From the human T2T-CHM13v2.0 reference genome, Homo sapiens, in assembly GCF_009914755.1 (NCBI RefSeq), contig NC_060928.1: a stretch of DNA of 64,000 nt; one strand, given 5' to 3'. The notes under the pieces are model-generated. The model had not been told where the DNA came from, searched no databases, and worked only from the letters and a program-made list of their open reading frames with translations. Positions 55,645 through 64,000 of this stretch are shown here, one piece after another. Made by a program: the position numbers and the translations under genes. The first letter of the stretch is position 1; each line of letters opens with the position of its first letter.

Positions 55645-57205
55645 ATTAATTTTCCAGAGAAGCCACTCCATCCTCATTCAAACAGACTTATGTGATTTGT
55701 TCAGACACATTAATTAATCCTATCCTGGAGTCCTTGGGCAGAATTTCTATAATTAACTAGTTGAGGCTCAAAATGGGTAATCAGTTGGTTATCTGTGACT
55801 CTCTTTGTCATCCAGAAAACAGTAGTGAGATTATTTCAGCCAGGAAACATTCAAGCAATTTCTTTAACTAAGTCCCTTGTGTTCAATCTAATGAAGATTC
55901 CTAAAAGTGGACTTGGGTGATTTCCAGTACATATGACTCCATAGATAAGACAGGTCCAGCACTTCTGAGGTGCTCTGTATGATGAAGAGAATGTTAAGTT
56001 TACTCTTAAATAACCCTCCAGGATCTAGTGACATCAAGTTCTCAGAAAGCAACCTAACTTAATAATAAGCACACTTTTCTCCTCTCTAATGTGGTCTAAA
56101 GACTGAGCTAGGATCTGTAGTTTGTCTTGGGGTACTCTGCACAATGCCACCAGGACAGAGAGTGAGTGGGAGCTGAATTGCATTCCAGATTTCACTCACC
56201 AAGCCATCTGCTCAACCCACATCTGCATTGGCCCAGAAGAAGAAGAAAGGTGCCATATGGGCTGGAGGAAGCTCAGGTTAAGTAATAAGTTTTGTGAATC
56301 CTCTGGGTAGAAAAAATGTTCTTTGAGTAGACTCCCAAACCAGATCAACAATCCTAGCTATTGAGCAGAACTGCTTCACCATTTTGAAAACCAAAGAGAG
56401 GAAAGATGGAAAATTAGGCCTGTATATTCCCTATATTTCTATATTTTTATTTCCCCATACTTACAATAGAGACCTTCAGAGTGACAAAAGGATTCAGCAT
56501 GAAAACTACTATTTGGAGGGTTACACTTGGTTGAAAGCTGTAATGTGGTATAGTATGTAATGCAAGAAACACTAATCCAAGGTTGTACTCTGCCACCTAC
56601 AACCTCTCTGAGTTTCAGTGTCTTTACCTAAGAGCCTTCCATACATATTTAAGAGATATCTGAAAATAGCATTTGCATGTAAGCATTTTGTACAAAAATA
56701 TGAAGGAATATGAGATGAGGATCATATTCTGAATGTTTATTGTATCTCAAAATTTTAAAGTAATGTTTATTTTATTTCAAGTAAGAAAAGTGACACATTT
56801 TAACTACTGCAAACTGTTTTCAATTTTTAAATCATCAAGTAATACCACAGGAAGGGGGATTGAATCATTCTGATCCCCTTCAGGAAAAAAAAAGGCTTTG
56901 TTTTTTATTTCTTAGGATAATCTTATTATCAAAACATGTTCAGGATCTTAGGTCACACCACAGCAAGATCCATTAGGTTTACAATCTAGAAAAACAGCAA
57001 AACACAGGATAATATGTGCAATTCATAGAATAAAAAGAGTTTTCTCTTCAGTCATATGCTATAATTAAACCACACCCTGAACTAAGAGAGTCTCTCGAAG
57101 AAAAATCACATTCCAATAAAGTAAGTATACTCAATTAATAGTCTCTCTCTGCAATATGCACTGTTGAATGCTATACATCTCATTAGCAGTGATTTATTCC
57201 AACAA

Positions 57206-57301
57206 ATAGCAGCACAATTTACAATTGCAAAAATATGGAACCAGCCCAAATGCCCATCAATCAACAGGTGGATAAAGAAATTGTGATATATATATATGTA
57301 T

Positions 57302-57340
<39 letters not shown>

Positions 57341-57720
57341 CATAATGAAACACTATTCAGCCATAAAAAGGAACAAAATAATGACATTCTCGGCATCCTG
57401 GGTGGTATTGGAGACCATTATTGTAAGTGAAGTAACTCAAGAATGGAAAACCAAACATCGTATGTTCTCATTTATAAATGGGAGCTAATCTATGAGGATG
57501 CAAAGACATAAGAATGATACATGGACTTTGGGGACTTGGGGGAAAGGGTGGGAAGGGGGTGAGGGATAAAAGACTACAAACTGGGTGCAGTTTATACTGC
57601 TTGGGTGATGGATGCATCAAAATCTCACAAATCACGACTAAAGAACTTACTCATGTAACCAAACACCACCTGTCCCCCAAAACCCTATAAAAATAAGATA
57701 AAATAATGATGATAATGATA
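57206..57720 (+). mobile_element. L1PB1-type 3' end with internal (TG)n
   Basis: CACAATTTACAATTGCAAAAATATGGAACCAGCCCAAATG...GAGGGATAAAAGACTACA...AACCAAACACCACCTG. Confidence 0.9.
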
Positions 57721-57899
57721 ATAACGATACAAACAATTCCAATCCTGAATATCTTTCTCAAGATATAGGAACCATATCATCATCTTGGAACCTCTTTTTT
57801 ATTTATTTTAAGCAGATGTTAGTCACTCACTAATATAACAAAACATAAATTATTTATTAATGAAATTTACACTTGATCTTAAACTATATACAGAGAGGG

Positions 57900-59400
57900 T
57901 AAGGCTGAAAATGAAGCAAGGAAGGGGCTTGAAGTTAGGAAGTTTCTATTTTCTTTTCATAGGACTAGAAGACCATTGATGGGATGTGAAGTATGTGTTG
58001 GGAAGGTGAATTTGACAACTGTGTAAGGGAGGCCGAAGGAAGAGAAATTGGAGCTAATTACTAGGTTATTGCCAAGTAACCTATTGGTGATGTGAAAAGC
58101 AAATAAAAAGCAGAGACTCTTACATGGTCCAAGGGCTCATTTACTCATTTGTTAAATATTTTGTTATTGAATGAGCTGGTTATGAGCTAAACACAGAGGA
58201 TACCACAAAGTTAAGCAATAAATTAGTGGGGGTGATGGCCAAATAATCATATACAAATAATCATATTGTATAAGCGCATAGTAAGAGATGTAGATGCATC
58301 CTATGAATAAAAGAGTCATGTTTTTATGAAGGAATAAATAAAGGACATTGATGAGAGTTATGGATCAGGCAAGGCATCCTTGATGAAGCAATATTCATGC
58401 TAAAGTAAAAAGGCTAGAAGGAGTTAAGTAGGTAAAAAGGCAGAAAGTAGGTACAGAGGGAGAGGTTGAAAAAAAATATTCCAGGTAGAGCAAATATGTG
58501 CAGAGGTCCTGTGGCAAGAGCAAGTAGCTGAAAAAGAAAAAGTGTGGTGGGGTTTATAGAGCAAGAGAGAAAACAGAAAACAAATAAATACATAGATAGC
58601 ACAAATGAAATATGTCACACAGTGATAAGTATTTAGAAGAAAAGCAAAGGACTAGGGGAACAGAGAGAGAACTGGCAATAAGGTAACATTTGAGCAGAGA
58701 CTAAATGAAGCAAAGGATAGCAGCATCTGGACAGCTGTGAAGAGTGATTTCTAAGCAGAAGTTACCTGAAGCGACAGTCTCTGTGTAATTTAGAAGAGGA
58801 AAAGATACTACTGTGGTTGCTGTGGGATAATACAGCAAGAGGAGAACATTGGAAATGAGGTCACAGAAATAGTAGGGAGCATAGACCATGGCCCTATGTG
58901 AAATTCAAAGGCATTGGAAGATTGTTTGCAGAATTTAATAATCTGGCTTACATCTGTAAGGGTCATTCTGGCCATTGCATGAAGAACATACGGTAGGGCC
59001 AGGAGCAGATGCAATCATTGGCTTAGATAGAAGGAGAGGTCAAGGACGACTCCTAAGCATTTGACCTCTGCCCCTGGGAAGCACTGGTACCATTCCTACA
59101 AATTGGCAATACTGGAAGTGTGCTTAGCTTTCTGGACAAACAGTAGAGGAATCACCAAAGGAGAGGAAAGAATGAAATATATCTTGATTATTTGAGTTTG
59201 AGGTAGTTTTTGACATCCAAATAGTGATGTAACTCTAGGAGTCACTAGAAAGCAGAGAACAACTGAAATTTCAGGTGCAGAATAGATTGCCTCAGGAGGG
59301 AGAATATACTGGAAGAGAGAGGGCTGAAGCCCCAGTCATGAACAATAACAACATTTAATTGGTGGAAGAGAGGAGAATAACAATCACAGTAACAACAATA
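57900..59400 (-). mobile_element. Cluster of L2 fragments
   Basis: Purine-rich L2 motifs: ATTCCAGGTAGAG...GCAGAGGTCCTGTGGCAAG, TTTGAGCAGAGACT, GGAAATGAGGTCA and TGACATCCAAATAG. Confidence 0.65.
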
Positions 59401-59855
59401 GGAGGGAAAGGAGAAAAAGCAAGAGTTGAAGCAGCATTTATCTAGTGCTTATATATCAGGCACACAACCTGTTGCTTCACAACCCTATAAGGGTCCTTGC
59501 ATTACCTTTGAAATTCAATAATTTAACTAGATCTAAAATCCTGTTGTCAGCCTTGTATTAATTTTGCTCAGGCATCTGCAGATTCAAGTTGTTCTTTATG
59601 CTAGATAAAATTTTCACTATTCGTATCTTTAGACATTTCTTTTGTTGTTATTCCATATGTGTTGACCTCTTTTGCTCTCTTTTATCTCTGTCATCCACAT
59701 CTATTCCTTTTTCTGAAATTATTTCCACATCTTTTTGGGTTTTTCTCTTTCACTCTGTGCAATTTCCTCAAGCCAACCCTAGATAACCTCCATTTACATT
59801 TACATTTACATTTTCTTTTATTTAAATTGTTAAAATGTGGCTTTCATCTCTGTGA

Positions 59856-60272
<417 letters not shown>

Positions 60273-60329
60273 TGATGTTTCCTTCCTGCATCATTGTTCT
60301 GTCTCAGCTTTCAGCAGCTTGTTCTTGTC

Positions 60330-60538
60330 CCTGGGCTCAGGCAACCCTCCCACTTCAGCCTCGGGAGTAGCTGAAACTACAGACATGTGCCACCACACCT
60401 GGCTAATTTTTGTATTTTTTACGGAGATGGGGTTTCACCCTGTTGCCCAGGCAGGTCTCAAACTCCTGAGCTCAAGTGATCCTCTCGCCTCAGCCTCACA
60501 AAGTGCTGGGATTACATATGTGAGCCACTGCACCCAGA
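60330..60538 (-). mobile_element. Partial AluJ (3' end missing)
   Basis: CCTGGGCTCAGGCAACCCTCCCAC...CTCCTGAGCTCAAGTGATCCTC. Confidence 0.85.
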
Positions 60539-61244
60539 CTAGTTCCATAGATTTTTAACAACATCTGTGCTTCTGTGACTCACAAACTTAAATTTCAAGC
60601 CCAGCCTTCTACCTGGAAACTTACATTCAGCTTTCTAACAAATTCGTTTCAAAGTGGCCCCTCAGTGTGAAGAAATTTAAAATGAAGCTCTAGTTTTCTC
60701 TCTCAAATCTGCTTTTATTCCCCATCTTTTTTCATTTTGTAAATTATACCACTCTCTACTGAATTGCTCATACCAAAAATAGTATTTATTATTGTTATCT
60801 ATCCTCACATTCAATCTACCATTTGGAAGGCTCTGATTTGTCTCCTACGATCTTGAGAAAAATCACCCTGAATGTCAGCGGCTACAGATCTTAGTCAAAT
60901 GCTTTGCCCTTGAAAAGACACCAGTTTGCTTGGGATAAATAACAAATTGCTTAGGAAACAACAACAAAAAAATTAATCTGTGGGTAAAATGCTTTGACCC
61001 TGGGAAGACTGAGAATTAAAGTTAGAAACAATGAAGTAAATTAAATCCATGGTAGTAATACTTTTGCATTAAATTAAGCAATTCTCTGTACGTTTCTACT
61101 TCAGATATTTGGAATGTTTCAGATAATTTGGCACATTTGAGTTGTGACTACAATTTAAATGTCTGATTACTCATTTACACTTGTGATTCTAAATTGAAAA
61201 GTATAAAAATATCTTATCACATATTTAAGATATACTGTACTTTA

Positions 61245-61585
61245 AGATACATGCACCATATGACATTTTAGTCAATGACGGATTACATAGACAATGGTGG
61301 TTCCATAAGATTACAATAGCATATTTTCATTATACCCTTTCTATGTTTAGAGATGTTTAGATACACAGATACTATTTGTTAGAATTGCCTGTAATATTCA
61401 GTACAGTAATATGCTAGACAATTTTGTAGCCTAGGAGCAACAGGCTATACCATATAGCCTGGGTGTGTAGTAGGCTCTACCACCTAGGTTTGTGTAAGTA
61501 CACTCTATCATGTTCACACAACAATGCAATTGCGTAACAATGCATTTCTCAAAACATCTTTGTAGTTAAGTGACCCATGACTATA
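61245..61585 (+). mobile_element. Tigger3a (MER7A-type)
   Basis: GGTGGTTCCATAAGATTA...GTAGCCTAGGAGCAACAGGCTATACCATATAGCCT...GTTAAGTGACCCATGACT. Confidence 0.85.
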
Positions 61586-61927
61586 TCTATAAGTCTGCAT
61601 TGTTAGAGTTGTAATAAAGAACATCTTAAGTACTTTGTAAATGTTTGTTACTCAAATAATTGAAATATTTAAAGGAATTAAACGTCTTAAATGCATAATA
61701 TTATTTAAAATATTAAAGCCCCTTAAAAGTGATTATTTCAATTTATCAGATTTTTAAATTAAAAAATGATGTTTTAATAAAAGAAATGAGAATTTTCAAT
61801 CCTACTAATTGAAGGGGGGCACAAATCCCCTGTCAAGTAGCACTGATGAGTGCCTTCCACAAAGTAATATTTCAACAAATATTTATGGAATGAAAAATTG
61901 AGCCCAAATCTATTTTAAAGAAATTTA

Positions 61928-62262
<335 letters not shown>

Positions 62263-62819
62263 TTATGACAATTTATTTAATGAAGATAGAAACGAAGTTT
62301 TGGGCAATTAGTATCAAGGATCAGATGTGTTTTATTCCTTAACAGGAACCACATACATCCTTAAATACTTCCTGATATTGCTAGAGCCAAAGCATCGACT
62401 GGTCCCTTCCCACCTCTGCCTCTGTTTTCTGAACTTCCCCCTTCTCAGAAGGCAAAAGGATACAAGTTTTATACCAATGGGGTGGTGCTTACTCGGAGAA
62501 AGCTGCTCAACCACCTTGACACCTCAATCCACAGACCAACACTGAGATTTCCTTTCTGTAACTGCATCATACAGAGAATCCATTTCACAGGTGGTCTACA
62601 TATTAAATTCTAGACTCCAGAAACCTTTTGTAAAAGGCCCATTTCCATTTTAAAAGCCAATAAGGATTACTAGATTGCTGATTTGATCAAGTGCCAGAGA
62701 AATTCAACTTTTAAACTTAGTGAAATTTCAGACTAGACCATACTACCACTATTCAGAAAAATCTTGCAGAAACAACCTTTGACTTGTCTCCAATCACGTC
62801 TAAGAATAAACATGGCTGT

Positions 62820-63128
<309 letters not shown>

Positions 63129-64000
63129 AAAAAATGGCTGTTCCTAAAATTGCAGACCTAAAGCTGAAATGCTGTGTAGTCAGATGCTCATCTTGTGCCA
63201 TTTTATAGGAATCTCCCTAGAGCCCAACCATTGGATCCAAGTCTTTAGTACCAATTTTATACATTGGAAATGTTTGTAGGGTAAAAATACCAAAATCTTT
63301 TCCAAGCCAGACCTGACTGTCTTCCTTCAGTAGTCTGTGTTTCTATGTGTAAACTTTGTAGATGCATCTGTTTTGAGTTACATAAATACACTAAAAAAGT
63401 ATTTTATAGCAGGAAAATTTATGCATTCCATATTCTCACAGCTTTAAAATGGCCAAATTTATTCTCTTGAATAAATGCTCTGGGGATAAAATCAAAAGAA
63501 CAACTCCAAAGCAATATTTTGAGAGTTTTTGCCAGCATCAGAGAAGAAGAAGGTACATAAAAATAGACCCACATATATAACACATATATTCATATCCTGC
63601 TATTTATGCTGAGATAAGGAAGACACTACAGATAATTCCAAATGATTTGATGATTCAAAAAATTTCTTTATTTTCAGCCTTAAATATATTCCTATGCTAA
63701 TATTTAGGTTTGAATATAGGTGTGTTCAATATTCTTATATTCAACTCAAAGAAAATAAGAGAGATGTGAGGATATCAGTTCGTACCATACAGAAAAAAAA
63801 AGATTTTATGCAACATTTTTATGACTACTGAAAGGTTCTCACCATCAAGATGGCATAAACATTGAGATTGCCACCTACCACAGTTGCTGGCAGGCAAGGA
63901 GAGATGGATCTGTGTGCAAGCGCTCTCCCTTACCTCCTTCCGCAGGAAAATGTGAGTCTGGAATGAAACCCCACCATCCATACTCATTCATCCCAGCCTT

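Noticed and set aside
54186-55717. Duplicated signal-peptide-like ORFs MLLILLILFLPRIR
   Set aside because: Hydrophobicity follows from T-rich DNA. The similarity comes only from the 101-bp DNA duplication, and the frames diverge right after it.
56120-56275. Second MER91-like fragment
   Set aside because: Only short motif resemblance (AAAGGTGCCATATGGGCT); too weak to call without alignment.
56852-56881. Small imperfect hairpin (similar ones at about 30474, 39798 and 51203)
   Set aside because: Stems are short or interrupted and not distinguishable from background.
63934-64000. Coding exon KAGMNEYGWWGFIPDSHFPAEG on the minus strand
   Set aside because: Too short, truncated by the window edge, and matches no protein I recognise. 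Kept only as a candidate splice donor.

Overview
Primate (hominoid-like) non-coding genomic DNA: AT-rich, no CpG island, and largely made of transposable elements (Alu J/S/Y, L1PA/L1PB/L1M, MaLR/ERV LTRs, MER DNA transposons, MIR/L2). I find no supportable host protein-coding gene; the only recognisable proteins are disabled L1 ORF1/ORF2 fragments. TE subfamily names come from recalled consensus motifs and most boundaries are approximate, so they need RepeatMasker/Dfam confirmation. I did not find a new multi-gene system. The best leads are structural. (1) Two near-perfect pre-miRNA-sized hairpins lie in apparently unique DNA (903-955 and 55577-55644). (2) An internally deleted L1PB carries three locally templated insertions, one inverted and one copied from outside the element. 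(3) A 101-bp unique sequence is duplicated 1253 bp apart. (4) An L1 is bracketed by poly(T) and poly(A) inside one TSD. (5) There is a chimeric Alu-L1-Alu element, and a near-full-length L1PA with no TSD.
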